Assembly (NCBI GenBank): GCA_016208745.1
Contig: JACQXN010000022.1
Coordinates: 19,212 to 83,211 of the forward strand
Length of the DNA: 64,000 bases
Direction of reading: 5' to 3'
Origin: Candidatus Portnoybacteria bacterium
GTDB taxonomy: Bacteria > Patescibacteriota > Minisyncoccia > Portnoybacterales > GWB1-42-6
The translations under genes and the position numbers were made by a program. Positions 16,923 through 27,196 of this stretch are shown here, one piece after another. Below the pieces are notes generated by a model, which saw nothing but the letters and a program-made list of their open reading frames with translations, was not told where the DNA came from and made no database searches. Each line of letters begins with the position of its first letter. Position 1 is the first letter of the stretch.

Positions 16923-19151
16923 CTACCTTTTCCATTTCATAAGCTCCCCCCAATTATCCCCTGTCTCAATTTCAACAATCAAGGGGGCGGGTAACTGATA
17001 AATACTCTCCATAATATTTTTTATCCTTGGCGCCGATTCGTCAATATAATCTTTTCTCACCTCAAAGATCAATTCATCATGAGCCTGAAGAAGCATTTTA
17101 ATTTTATCGCTTTTTAGCCTAAACGCTGAGTCTATTTTTACCATTGCCATTTTGACTAAATCAGCCGCTGTGCCCTGAACCGGAAAATTAATCGCCGCCC
17201 GCTCAGCCGCTTGACGCAAATTCCAAGCCGAAGAGTTAACTTCAGGCAGGAATCGCTTACGGCCAAAAAGAGTTTGGGCAAAACCCTTGTCTGCCACCTG
17301 GCTCTTTATTGTCTCAATATAGCGAGCTACCCCTTTAAATTCATCAAAATATTTTTTAATAAAAATCTTTGCCTTAGCCGACTCAATGCCTGCGGCCTGC
17401 GCGAATCCATGAATACTCATACCGTAAATTACGCCAAAATTAAGCGCTTTGGCAGCTTGCCGCATTTTTGGAGTGACTTTTTCAAGTGGCGTCTCAAAAA
17501 CTTCAGCAGCAGTAGCCAAATGGATGTCTTGCCCGGCCTTTAAAATTCCGATCATTTTTTTATCCTGCGCTAGCGAAGCCACAACCCGCAGCTCAATTTG
17601 AGAATAATCAGCCGCCAGAAATAAAAATCCTTTTTCAGCCACAAAAGCCTTTCTTATTTCATTGCCAAGATCAGTCTTTATGGGAATGTTCTGTAAATTC
17701 GGGTTGCGCGAAGAAAGGCGGCCGGTAGCCGCGCCAAGCTGATCATATTGCGTGTGAATGCGGCTATCTTTTTCACTGATCAAAGAAGGTAAGGCATTAA
17801 TATATGTTGACTTAAGCTTGGCTAGCTCCCTGTATTCTAAAATTAAATCTATTATTTTATGGCTGCCTTTTAGCTTTAGAAGCTCTGGCGCGGCAGTAGA
17901 AATAACTCTGCCCGGAGTTTTTTTTAATCCCTTAGTGCCTAATTTTAGTTTTTCAAACAATATATCGCTTAACTGCTGGGGAGAATTAATATTAAAATCT
18001 GCGCCTGATAATTGGTGGATTTCTTTTTCCAAGTTAAGCAGGCGGCTATCAACTTTTTTACCAAGCATTTTTAATTTTCCAACATCAATTTTTATGCCGC
18101 TTTTTTCCATTTTCTCAATCACTGGCGCAACTTCTTTTTCTAATTCATAAATTTTATACGATAGAATACCTGCTTTATAAGCCTCGTCTATTTTTTGATA
18201 AACGCCGCGCGTCTCTTCGTTTTTAATCGCTTCTTCAATTTCTTCTGGCGAGCCGCCGCTTATTTCTGAAAGTCTGTTTATCAAGCTAAAAAATTCCAAT
18301 TCGCGAAAAAGCGCTTTTATTTTTTCCAAATCATATTTGCCAAATTTTGCGCCTTCTAATTTAAACTTTATCGGCACGTCTCTTTTTATTGTCGCTAGGT
18401 ATTTACTAAAAACCGCTTGGTCTTTATTCTCAATAAGTTTCTCGTAAAGTTTTGGATTTTGGATCTTGGGATTTTTTTCTAATTCCTCGTATAGCTCCTC
18501 GATTGTGTTAAATTTTTTTAATAATTCTGTTGCGGTCTTTTCTCCTATTCCCGGCACTCCTGGAATATTATCCGAAGGATCGCCTTTTAATCCCCTGTAA
18601 TCTGGCATCTGCTCTGGTTTTAAGCCGTATCGATCCAGAACCGCTTTTTCGTCGTATATCATTGTGTCTTTCACGCCTTTACGAAGAGTATAAACGCGCG
18701 TGCTCTCATTAATTAGCTGCAATGTATCCAAGTCGCCAGTCACAATAATATTTTTGGTTATTGTTTTTTGGTTATTGTTTTTTGTAGCTATCGTGCCAAT
18801 AATGTCGTCTGCTTCAAACCCCTCTTTTTCATAGACAGGAATACCAAAAGCACTGACCACTTCTTTAACTCGACCAATTTGCGCGTAAAGTTCATCTGGC
18901 GCCTTAACCCGCGTGGCCTTGTAATCCTCAAATTCTTTATGACGAAATGTCGGCCCCTGTAAATCAAAAGCTGCTGCCACATAATCTGGCTTTAGTTCTT
19001 TTAAAACTTTTAACAAAACCAAAATAAACCCATAAACCGCGTTCACCCGCTCGCCTTTTTTAGTGCTAAGATCGGGCAAAGCATGAAACGCGCGGTGAAT
19101 AAGGGCGTGGGAATCAATGAGGACCAAGGTTTTTTGATTTTTGTCGGACAT
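16923..19151 (-). CDS. polA: DNA polymerase I (5'-3' exonuclease + polymerase, no 3'-5' exonuclease domain)
   Basis: LID.HALIHRAFHA, EADD, GD.SDNIPGV; TGRLSS.NPNLQNIP, DYSQIELR, QGTAAD, HDE; only 742 aa. Confidence 0.95.
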   Translation of the reverse strand: MSDKNQKTLVLIDSHALIHRAFHALPDLSTKKGERVNAVYGFILVLLKVLKELKPDYVAAAFDLQGPTFRHKEFEDYKATRVKAPDELYAQIGRVKEVVSAFGIPVYEKEGFEADDIIGTIATKNNNQKTITKNIIVTGDLDTLQLINESTRVYTLRKGVKDTMIYDEKAVLDRYGLKPEQMPDYRGLKGDPSDNIPGVPGIGEKTATELLKKFNTIEELYEELEKNPKIQNPKLYEKLIENKDQAVFSKYLATIKRDVPIKFKLEGAKFGKYDLEKIKALFRELEFFSLINRLSEISGGSPEEIEEAIKNEETRGVYQKIDEAYKAGILSYKIYELEKEVAPVIEKMEKSGIKIDVGKLKMLGKKVDSRLLNLEKEIHQLSGADFNINSPQQLSDILFEKLKLGTKGLKKTPGRVISTAAPELLKLKGSHKIIDLILEYRELAKLKSTYINALPSLISEKDSRIHTQYDQLGAATGRLSSRNPNLQNIPIKTDLGNEIRKAFVAEKGFLFLAADYSQIELRVVASLAQDKKMIGILKAGQDIHLATAAEVFETPLEKVTPKMRQAAKALNFGVIYGMSIHGFAQAAGIESAKAKIFIKKYFDEFKGVARYIETIKSQVADKGFAQTLFGRKRFLPEVNSSAWNLRQAAERAAINFPVQGTAADLVKMAMVKIDSAFRLKSDKIKMLLQAHDELIFEVRKDYIDESAPRIKNIMESIYQLPAPLIVEIETGDNWGELMKWKR

Positions 19152-19152
19152 A

Positions 19153-19286
19153 TTCTAAATTTCTAATTAATCTAATTCCTAATTGACCTAAATAATTTCC
19201 AATTACTAATTCCTAATTTCCAATAAAATGTCTAATGTCTAATTCCCGAATTTGGGCATTGGGATTTTTGTTAGAAATTAGAAATT
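19153..19286. repeat. Low-complexity heptad inverted repeat (empty copy)
   Basis: ctaattc/tctaatt units; reverse-complement homolog at 60405-60567. Confidence 0.7.
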
Positions 19287-19781
19287 CTTAAGAGATATTC
19301 TCCTCTCCTTATCTCCGACCCATTCAAATCTAACCCATGTTGCATCTTTTGATATAAGTTTTTTAATCTTCTCCGCCCATTCGATAATAATTATGTTTTT
19401 GGGGTTAGCGGCAATCTCATTAAATCCAAGCGCTGATAATTCTTTGGGACTTTGGATGCGATAGCAGTCAATATGATATAAATTCTCTATCGATACCCTT
19501 CGACTCGCCCCGCTGCGCGCGGCTCGCTCAGGGAATAATTTAGCGGCGTTTACAATAAATCGCTTCATTATAACAAATGTTGGACTCGTAATTTTCTCCT
19601 TGACGCCAAGCGCCTTGGCCAGCCCTTGCGTAAAAGTGGTCTTGCCAGCCCCAAGCTCGCCTTCCAAAGCCAAAATTTTGGCTTTTTTATTTGCCTTATC
19701 GGCAAATAATTCTTTTAGAACCTGACCAGCCAAACGCTTGGTCTGCGCTTCGTTTTTCGTCAAAAAAACCTGCTTTTTCAT
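19278..19781 (-). CDS. tsaE: tRNA threonylcarbamoyladenosine biosynthesis ATPase TsaE
   Basis: LEGELGAGKTTF, SPTF, LYHIDCYR, IEWA; in-frame repeat insertion. Confidence 0.95.
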   Translation of the reverse strand: MKKQVFLTKNEAQTKRLAGQVLKELFADKANKKAKILALEGELGAGKTTFTQGLAKALGVKEKITSPTFVIMKRFIVNAAKLFPERAARSGASRRVSIENLYHIDCYRIQSPKELSALGFNEIAANPKNIIIIEWAEKIKKLISKDATWVRFEWVGDKERRISLKNF

Positions 19782-19952
19782 AAGATTATAATATCACGCC
19801 ATAGCCCAAGAAAAAAGGCTGCCTAACAAAAATCTAAAGTTATCCACCCCTTCCTACCTTGACCTTACTGCCGCCCTGCGATAGATTATATTAATATCTT
19901 TCTTTGGCATTTTGGTTTTTCCTTCTTAATTTTTACCTCTCAATTTATTAGT

Positions 19953-21074
19953 ATGCTTTCCCCAAAACAACAGGCTTTTGATTTACTAAACAAAAGCCAA
20001 AACATTTTAATCGTCTTGCCAAAGAACCAGTCAGCCGATAATTTAGGCTCGGCTTTGGCATTGTTTATTCTATTGAACGGACTGAATAAAAAAGCGGAAA
20101 TAATAGCCCAAGAACCGATAGCCGAAAGGCTTTCTTTTTTTCCTGGTCTTGAGCAAATAAAAGAGGAGCCGGCTGCTTTGCGTGATTTTATTATCTCAAT
20201 AGATACCTCGCAAAAAAGCATCAAAAGATTGCGTTACGAAACCAAAGATTCTCTGCTAAAAATATTTCTAAGCAGCCCTGATAAGCTGGAAGAAAAAGAC
20301 GTGCGACTAGAGCCGGGCCCGTATAATTATGACGCAATTATAATTATTGGCGCCCAGGACATGGAATCCCTTGGGGAATTTTATGAAAAACACACCGAGC
20401 TTTTTTTTCAAAAGCCGATTTTAAATATTGATTATCGTTCGGGCAATGAGCTTTTTGGCGAAATTAATTTGGTTGAAATAACGGCTAGCTCAGCCGCCGA
20501 AATTCTAACCGAATTTATCCTCGCCTTTTTCCCTAATTCCATAAGCCAGCCCATTGCCACCTGTCTTTTGGCCGGTATCATAGATGAGACTCATAGCTTC
20601 CAAAACACCAACGCGACTCCTCAGACTTTTAATCTAGCTTCTTCGCTTGTAACCCATGGAGCGGAAAAAGAGAAAATTATTCAAGCGCTTTACAAAACAA
20701 AGCCGTTGAATTATCTCCGACTTTGGGGAAGGCTTCTTGGCCGGCTTAATTACGAACCTGATAAAAATCTGGCTTGGCTTGAGGCCAGCCCAGAAGATTT
20801 TCAAGAAACAGAAACGTCTAGCTCAGATCTTTATACTATTTCCGATGAAGTACGCAGCCTCCTGCCCCAGTTAAATGCCGCCATTATTCTTTGGCCCGAA
20901 GAGCAAGAGATGATTTCAGCTATAATTCAGTCTTCCAAAATTGATCTTTTGCAAAAAATAAACCTAGAACTTGGCGGGGCTTTAAAAAATAATCTTATTT
21001 TGGCAAAGGCTATAGGCCCTGATCTTTTAAGCGCCAAAGCCCGATTAGAGAACTTGATTAATTCTTTTTTATAG
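19953..21074 (+). CDS. DHH-family (NrnA-like) protein with degenerate motifs
   Basis: DHH-family layout: ADNLGS, NIDYR, L.AGII.ET.SF. Confidence 0.7.
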   Translation: MLSPKQQAFDLLNKSQNILIVLPKNQSADNLGSALALFILLNGLNKKAEIIAQEPIAERLSFFPGLEQIKEEPAALRDFIISIDTSQKSIKRLRYETKDSLLKIFLSSPDKLEEKDVRLEPGPYNYDAIIIIGAQDMESLGEFYEKHTELFFQKPILNIDYRSGNELFGEINLVEITASSAAEILTEFILAFFPNSISQPIATCLLAGIIDETHSFQNTNATPQTFNLASSLVTHGAEKEKIIQALYKTKPLNYLRLWGRLLGRLNYEPDKNLAWLEASPEDFQETETSSSDLYTISDEVRSLLPQLNAAIILWPEEQEMISAIIQSSKIDLLQKINLELGGALKNNLILAKAIGPDLLSAKARLENLINSFL

Positions 21075-21177
21075 CATAAGATAAAAATGAAGGCAGATAA
21101 ATTCTCTTATATTTAATGCGAAAATAATCATATTTTCGCCGAGTAATCACGTATCTTGTATAACTTGTAATTTTGCT

Positions 21178-22839
21178 ATGGCCAACCTTAAAAAAACAGA
21201 GATAAATGAAAAGCTTAATATCCTGAAGCGCAAACAGGAAGAAGAAAGCGCCCAGCGTCTAGCAGGAAAGCATCACTTGTCTTACATGGATTTGCACATG
21301 TTTCCGATCAATTCGGAAATTATCTATACCCTAGCCGAACAGGAAGCCCGGCAAGGCGAATTAATTGTTTTAAAAAAAGAGCTGGACAAGATAATCGTAG
21401 GAGTTGTTGATCCTGAGAGCCCGTCGACAAAAGGAGTCACAGAAAAGTTATCTCAAAGATCAGGTCGGCAAATAACTATGGTTGTTATTTCCCCCTCGTC
21501 CTTTAAGAGGGCGTTGAAATTTTATCAAATCAAAACAACCGAGACCCCGCTGGTTGGCAAAATAGCCATTAACCAAAAATATCTTGATGAGTTTAACCAG
21601 CAAGCCAAAGAAATCAGTGAATTAGGAAATTTATTCGCTAAAATTTCCACCACCGAAATCTTAGACACTATTTTCGCCGGCGCTCTTAAAACTGAGGCCG
21701 GCGATATTCATATTGAGCCGGGAAAAACAACCAGGCTAAGATATAGAATTGACGGAGTCTTGCAGGACATAACTTCTTTTTCTGAAAATATTTACCAATT
21801 TCTATTAAATCGCGTTAAGCTCCTTTCTGGACTCAAAATTAATGTTCATGATATTGGCCAAGACGGCCGGTTTACTATTCAAATTTTCAATCAAAAAAGT
21901 CCTTTTGAAAAAGAAATAATAAAAGAAATTGAGACCAGGGTCTCTATCCTGCCCCAAGGCGGCAATGAAACAATAGTCATCCGCCTTTTGGGTGTTGGTT
22001 TCAAAGAATTGGCCTTGGAGTATATCGGCTTAAGAGAAAGTATTCTAGAAATTCTCAGAAAAGAAATCCAAAGGCCCAATGGCCTAGTCCTAAACACCGG
22101 GCCAACCGGATCGGGAAAAACCACTACTCTCTATGCTTTCTTAAGCTATCTTAATAATCCAAAAGTTAAGATTATAACCGTTGAAGACCCAATAGAATAT
22201 CGACTGCCAGGCATTGTCCAAACCCAGATTAGCGAAAACTATACTTTTGCTGAAGCCTTAAGATCTATTTTGAGGCAAAATCCTAACATAATTATGATTG
22301 GTGAAATCAGGGACGAAGAAACTGCTAAAATTGCCATTGAGTCGTCTGCGACCGGCCATTTGGTTTTTTCTACTCTTCATACCAATGACGCCGCCGGCAC
22401 AATTAATCGCTTGATTGACTTGGGCGCTAACATAAAAACCTTGCCCGATTCCTTGGCTTTAATTATTGCTCAAAGATTATTAAGAAGGCTGTGTCCGCAA
22501 TGCAAAGAAGAATACGAACCAGACAAAGAAACCGCGCAAAAAATAGAAAAAAACCTAGCGAATGCTTCTGTCGGGCCCGTAAAAAAGCTATACAAAAGCC
22601 ACGGCTGCAAAGCTTGTTTTGGCTTAAAATACAAGGGCCGGCTGCCTGTTTTTGAAATAATGACAATGAATGAAGAAATAAAAAATGCGATAAGCAATGG
22701 CGCGACTTCCTCGGAAATTAAAAAAGCCGTCAAGCAGACAGGTATGGTGTCTTTGCTGCAAGACGGACTATTAAGGGCCATAGAAGGCGAAACCAGCCTA
22801 GAAGAAGTAGAACGAGTCGCAGGCCGACTAGAGGAATAA
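21178..22839 (+). CDS. GspE/PilB type IV pilus assembly ATPase
   Basis: DIHIEP, RIDG, QDGRF, TGPTGSGKTTT, EDPIE, GEIRD, STLHTN, AQRL.RRLCP.C. Confidence 0.92.
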   Translation: MANLKKTEINEKLNILKRKQEEESAQRLAGKHHLSYMDLHMFPINSEIIYTLAEQEARQGELIVLKKELDKIIVGVVDPESPSTKGVTEKLSQRSGRQITMVVISPSSFKRALKFYQIKTTETPLVGKIAINQKYLDEFNQQAKEISELGNLFAKISTTEILDTIFAGALKTEAGDIHIEPGKTTRLRYRIDGVLQDITSFSENIYQFLLNRVKLLSGLKINVHDIGQDGRFTIQIFNQKSPFEKEIIKEIETRVSILPQGGNETIVIRLLGVGFKELALEYIGLRESILEILRKEIQRPNGLVLNTGPTGSGKTTTLYAFLSYLNNPKVKIITVEDPIEYRLPGIVQTQISENYTFAEALRSILRQNPNIIMIGEIRDEETAKIAIESSATGHLVFSTLHTNDAAGTINRLIDLGANIKTLPDSLALIIAQRLLRRLCPQCKEEYEPDKETAQKIEKNLANASVGPVKKLYKSHGCKACFGLKYKGRLPVFEIMTMNEEIKNAISNGATSSEIKKAVKQTGMVSLLQDGLLRAIEGETSLEEVERVAGRLEE

Positions 22840-23013
22840 AAATAGCTCCTATTAATCTGCAGGCGATTTTCCTTCCCTTAGAGGGAAGAATTAAAAATTT
22901 CCCCGAGGAGTAACCCAGCCTGAGCCAGATTATCCGAAGAGCCTAAGGGAAATCCCAGCAAGACCCCCTGTTAATGTGAGTCTTGATCGCCTACAGGTTA
23001 ACGAGAGCTATTT
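22840..23013 (-). ncRNA. ssrS: Probable 6S RNA
   Basis: 174-nt rod: ~28-bp closing stem, central junction with two small hairpins, apical stem; G-U wobbles favour minus strand; upstream TTGACA-17-TACAAT. Confidence 0.6.
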
Positions 23014-23035
23014 CTAAAAATATCCTTGTCTGGAT

Positions 23036-23139
23036 GCGGAAATAATCATATTTTTCTTCACGCCTTCATTTAGATTGGCGCTCGCGCCTCAAGTAGAACC
23101 CGTAGCCAACCCGATGAAGAAAAATATGATTATTTCCGC
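23036..23139. repeat. MITE-like inverted-repeat element, copy 1
   Basis: Perfect 25-bp terminal inverted repeat GCGGAAATAATCATATTTTTCTTCA; core TTGGCGCTCGCGCCT shared with 30699-30805. Confidence 0.8.
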
Positions 23140-23171
23140 CGTGCTATTTTGTTATTTGGGAAGAATAAAGC

Positions 23172-23200
23172 ATTGTATCATATATATCTAAACTTGTCAA
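23172..23200 (-). promoter_or_regulatory. sigma70-type promoter facing the putative 6S RNA
   Basis: TTGACA-17-TACAAT on minus strand. Confidence 0.7.
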
Positions 23201-23201
23201 G

Positions 23202-24215
23202 ATGAGACTCACAGATCCCCAATCAACAAACGAAGATCAGGGGCTAGACCAAACCCTAAGACCAAAAACCTTTAAGGAATATTTAGGGCAAGAAAAAACT
23301 AAGGAAAATCTAAGAATCCTTATTGGCGCGGCTAAAAAGCGCCAAGAGCCGGTTGAGCACATTCTTTTATCGGGTGCCTCGGGTTTGGGTAAGACAACAT
23401 TAGCCCATATTCTGGCCTATGAAATGGGAGTCGGCCTTAAAGTGACATCTGGCCCGGCTATTGAACGAGTAGGAGATTTGGGCTCTATTTTAACCAACCT
23501 TTCTGACGGCGATATTTTATTTATTGACGAAGCTCACCGCTTAAATAAATTAATAGAAGAAGTTTTTTATCCGGCCATGGAAGATTTTAAACTGGATATT
23601 GTTATCGGTAAAGGGCCCTCGGCCAGAACTCTTCAGCTTGACTTGCCTCGCTTCACTTTAGTAGCTGCCACTACCAGACCCGGCCTACTTTCCACTCCCC
23701 TGCGCTCCCGTTTTGGCGTCAGTTTCCGTCTGGATTTTTATCAAACTCCTGATATGGAAAAAATTATTGAGCGCTCCGCCAAAATACTACGTGTTGACAT
23801 TTTGCCAGAGGCGACTAAAATTATCGCTCAATGCTCGCGCTTTACTCCCCGGGTAGCTAACCGGCTGCTAAAAAGAGTTAGGGATTTTGCCCAAGTTAAA
23901 AATAGCGGACAAATTGATGAGCTGCTAGCCAAAGAAGCCCTGGCCATGCTTGAGATTGACGAATTGGGCCTTGAACCAATTGACAGACAAATTCTAAAAA
24001 TTATTATAGAAAAATTTGACGGCGGCCCGGTTGGCCTGCAAACCTTGGCCGCTGCCACCTGCGAAGAAGAAGACACGATCACCGATGTCTATGAACCCTA
24101 CCTTATGCAAATAGGATTTTTAATCCGCTCTCCTCGCGGCCGTATGGCCAGCCGTGAGGCCTACGCCCATCTAAATCAGAAACTGCCACAAGATTACCAG
24201 AAAAAATTGATTTAA
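23202..24215 (+). CDS. ruvB: Holliday junction DNA helicase RuvB
   Basis: [43 protein letters not shown]. Confidence 0.97.
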   Translation: MRLTDPQSTNEDQGLDQTLRPKTFKEYLGQEKTKENLRILIGAAKKRQEPVEHILLSGASGLGKTTLAHILAYEMGVGLKVTSGPAIERVGDLGSILTNLSDGDILFIDEAHRLNKLIEEVFYPAMEDFKLDIVIGKGPSARTLQLDLPRFTLVAATTRPGLLSTPLRSRFGVSFRLDFYQTPDMEKIIERSAKILRVDILPEATKIIAQCSRFTPRVANRLLKRVRDFAQVKNSGQIDELLAKEALAMLEIDELGLEPIDRQILKIIIEKFDGGPVGLQTLAAATCEEEDTITDVYEPYLMQIGFLIRSPRGRMASREAYAHLNQKLPQDYQKKLI

Positions 24216-24421
24216 TGTTTTTAACCGCCTTAATTCTGTTTAATTTCTTAATCACTGTTTTTGTGGTTTTTTCTTTGGCTATTTTATTCCATTTTCGCAA
24301 ATACCGCTGGCCTGGCGATTTAAACACCCTTTCGGCCGCTATTTATATTGTTGGCGCGATCTTTTTTGTCAGCCTGGCTTTTTATTTTTTTATCGCATGC
24401 CCCTGGGATATGCTGCCTTAA
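24215..24421 (+). CDS. Small two-TM membrane protein
   Basis: 68 aa, hydrophobic, translationally coupled to ruvB. Confidence 0.6.
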   Translation: MFLTALILFNFLITVFVVFSLAILFHFRKYRWPGDLNTLSAAIYIVGAIFFVSLAFYFFIACPWDMLP

Positions 24422-24425
24422 ATTT

Positions 24426-24968
24426 ATGTTTTTTGAATTAAAACCAGACGAAAAAATTATTGCCACCTTACGCCGGCATTGGCTGGTTTTATCGCTAGTA
24501 ATTTTGCGAGTTTTACCGCTGCTATTTTTGCCTTTTATTCTCAAGCTTCTTTTATTATTTGTCGATCTGCCGTCTAACCCCTTGATTGACGAACTTTTTT
24601 GGCTCGCCTCATCTATTTGGTGGCTATTTGTCTGGACGGGGCTGGCAGTTATCTGGATTAATTACTATCTTGATTACTGGATTATTACCAACCAACGAAT
24701 TATCAGCACCTATCAAAAAGGTTTGTTTCGCCGCGAGGTTTCAGAGCTTTCTTTCACGCGAATTCAAGATATCACCGCCAATGTTGGAGGAATTATAAAA
24801 ACTTTTTTTAATTACGGGAGTCTGGAAGTCAGAACTGCCGGCACTTTTGAAACTGGCCAAGAAAGCAACGTCTTTGTCTTGGAAGACATTCCCCGGCCAT
24901 ATGAAATCCAAAACACTTTGTCAAAAATTCATCATGATTTTATCCGGGATTTCCACCATCGGTTATAA
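24426..24968 (+). CDS. Bacterial PH-domain membrane protein
   Basis: RRHW, WIITNQRI, QKGLF.R..SEL...IQD, FNYG.LEV.TAG. Confidence 0.8.
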   Translation: MFFELKPDEKIIATLRRHWLVLSLVILRVLPLLFLPFILKLLLLFVDLPSNPLIDELFWLASSIWWLFVWTGLAVIWINYYLDYWIITNQRIISTYQKGLFRREVSELSFTRIQDITANVGGIIKTFFNYGSLEVRTAGTFETGQESNVFVLEDIPRPYEIQNTLSKIHHDFIRDFHHRL

Positions 24969-26389
24969 ATCAAAAATTCTTTTAATCCGGGGGGCTTTTT
25001 TAATCGCTACCTTGGCGATTATTTTTATTTGGCCGCAAATAGCCCAATGCCAAGAAAACAACGTTGTTATCAATGAAATATTTTCCGATCCCTCCGGCGA
25101 AGACGCGGGCCTAGAATGGATTGAGCTTTATAATCCCTCCAGCTTTAGCAGCTCGTTCTTTTGTCGTAATATATTGGCGAGCACAAGGAAGCGATGACCA
25201 AAAAAATCTTTTTACTGGTGCGCAGGTAATAACCAATATGGGTAATAAATCTGGCTTTGTCGCGCTCTTTAAAAATAGCGAGCACAATAAAGATACTATT
25301 GTTGATTACTTGGAATATGGAGCGGCGACTAAAACATGGGAGTCAGTAGCCGAACAAGCTGGTATTTGGATAAAAGGACAGTTCGTTGAATCAACCACAG
25401 AAGGAAACTCGCTCGGATTAAAACAGGGCGGCCAAGACACAAATTCAACTAACGACTGGCAAATATTTCCTCTGCCAACCCCTAGTCAGCCAAATATTTA
25501 TCAAGCGCTGCCAGAGCCTGAACCCGTACCTCTGCCTCCCCCGCCTGCAGTTAATCAAGAAAGTCCTGTAGCCACCACAGAACCTCCGCCCACAACCCAA
25601 ACTGCGCCTACTATTAAAAATTATTCCGACAAAATCCAGCTTAATGAATTTATGCCTTGGCCAAAAGAAGGCAAAGAATGGGTAGAATTAATAAATCAGG
25701 GCCCAGAGACAATAGATATATCTGACTGGCAAATCGACGATATAGATGGCGGCAGCAGTCCGCAAAAAATTCCCAGCCAAACCTTAATCGACGCCAACCA
25801 AATTCTGATTATTGAATTTAATAAAAGCGTCCTTAATAACGACGGCGACGAGATTAGACTAATTGGGCAAGACGGAAAAATTTTGGATTCAGCTAGCTAC
25901 CAAAAAGCAAACGAAGGAATTTCTTTTGTCCGCTTTGAAAATAATCCTTGGCTCCAAACTTCTAGCCCAACACCGGGACAGAAAAATAAAAAAGCGGTCC
26001 CGCCGACAGAAACTCCGTTGGCGGAAAAATCACAAAATGCGGCGGCTGATCAAACGGAGCCAAATCAGGAATCATCGCAAATGGGCTTGTCTTTATCGCA
26101 AGAGGCCGCGAATTTAATGCCTGCAAACACAGGCATCCTGACAGCTCCAGCGGATAAAGTCGTCCAAAGCGAAAATGAGCAACCAAACATTAATAATACT
26201 CAAGTTCAATCTGGCCATCTCTTAGCAAGCCAAACCGCAAGCCAAAATTCTGCTTTAACCGAAAATAGCGCGCCTGAAAAATCCAAGGCAAAAACGCCCT
26301 TATTAATCGGGGTCGTTATTGTCTTGTCTTTCATATCGGCTATGGCCTTGGTATGTTTCAAAAGGAAAAATCCGGTTGACAGCGCCTAA
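24934..26389 (+). pseudogene. Lamin-tail-domain surface protein, frameshifted near 25140
   Basis: Signal peptide + VVINEIF.DP...EWIELYNP in one frame; rest of LTD1, LTD2 (NEFMP..EWVEL, PTPG) and C-terminal TM in another. Confidence 0.65.
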
Positions 26390-26449
26390 AAAACAGACTA
26401 ATATTCATCCGTTGCCTTAATTTTTCATTTTCATTTTTTCATTTATTCT

Positions 26450-27196
26450 ATGTCCGGCCATTCAAAGTGGAGCCAAATTAAACACAAAAAAGCGCTAACT
26501 GATGCCAAGAAAAGCAAGGTTTTTAGCAAACTGGCGCGCTTGATTTCTGTTGCCGCGCGACAAAAAGGCGGCGACCAAAATACTAATCCTCAATTAAGAA
26601 TCATCGCTGAAAAAGCCCGGTCTTTGAATATGCCAAACGAAAATATTGAACGGGCAATAAAACGCGGCACCGGCGAAATAGAAGGTGGCAAAATTGAAGA
26701 AATAACGCTTGAAGCCTATGGACCAGAAGGCATCGCCCTTATCATTGAAGCGGTTACTGACAATAAAAACCGCACTATTTCTGAAATAAAATTCCTGCTT
26801 TCGCAACACGGCGGCAAAATGGCTGAGATAGGATCTGTTAATTGGCTTTTTGAAAAGAAGGGAGTAATTTATGTTGATTCAACTAACGAATCAAATAATC
26901 AAAAAGGCAAAGAGGAGCTGGAGTTGACGGCCATTGAAGCAGGCGCTCAAGATTTAAAATGGTCAGACGAAACAATGCTCGAAATTTATACTAGGCTAGA
27001 AGATTTTGAAAAAACCAAAGAGGAGATTGGATTAAAAAATATTAAAATAGAATCTAGCGCGCCAGAGTCTGTGCCAAAAAGCGAAATTAAAGTTGAGAAC
27101 GAAAAGAGCAAAGAGCAAATAAAAAAGTTGCTTGAGGCGCTTGATGAAAACGATGATGTCAACGAAATATATTCTAATTACAGAGAGCAAATATGA
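26450..27196 (+). CDS. yebC: YebC/PmpR family protein
   Basis: MSGHSKW.QIKHKK, EAYGP.G, TDNKNRT, DDV.EIYSN. Confidence 0.95.
   Translation: MSGHSKWSQIKHKKALTDAKKSKVFSKLARLISVAARQKGGDQNTNPQLRIIAEKARSLNMPNENIERAIKRGTGEIEGGKIEEITLEAYGPEGIALIIEAVTDNKNRTISEIKFLLSQHGGKMAEIGSVNWLFEKKGVIYVDSTNESNNQKGKEELELTAIEAGAQDLKWSDETMLEIYTRLEDFEKTKEEIGLKNIKIESSAPESVPKSEIKVENEKSKEQIKKLLEALDENDDVNEIYSNYREQI

Noticed and set aside
22840-23013. SRP RNA
   Set aside because: The conserved domain IV CAGG...GNRA...AGCAG motif is not evident; size and shape fit 6S better.
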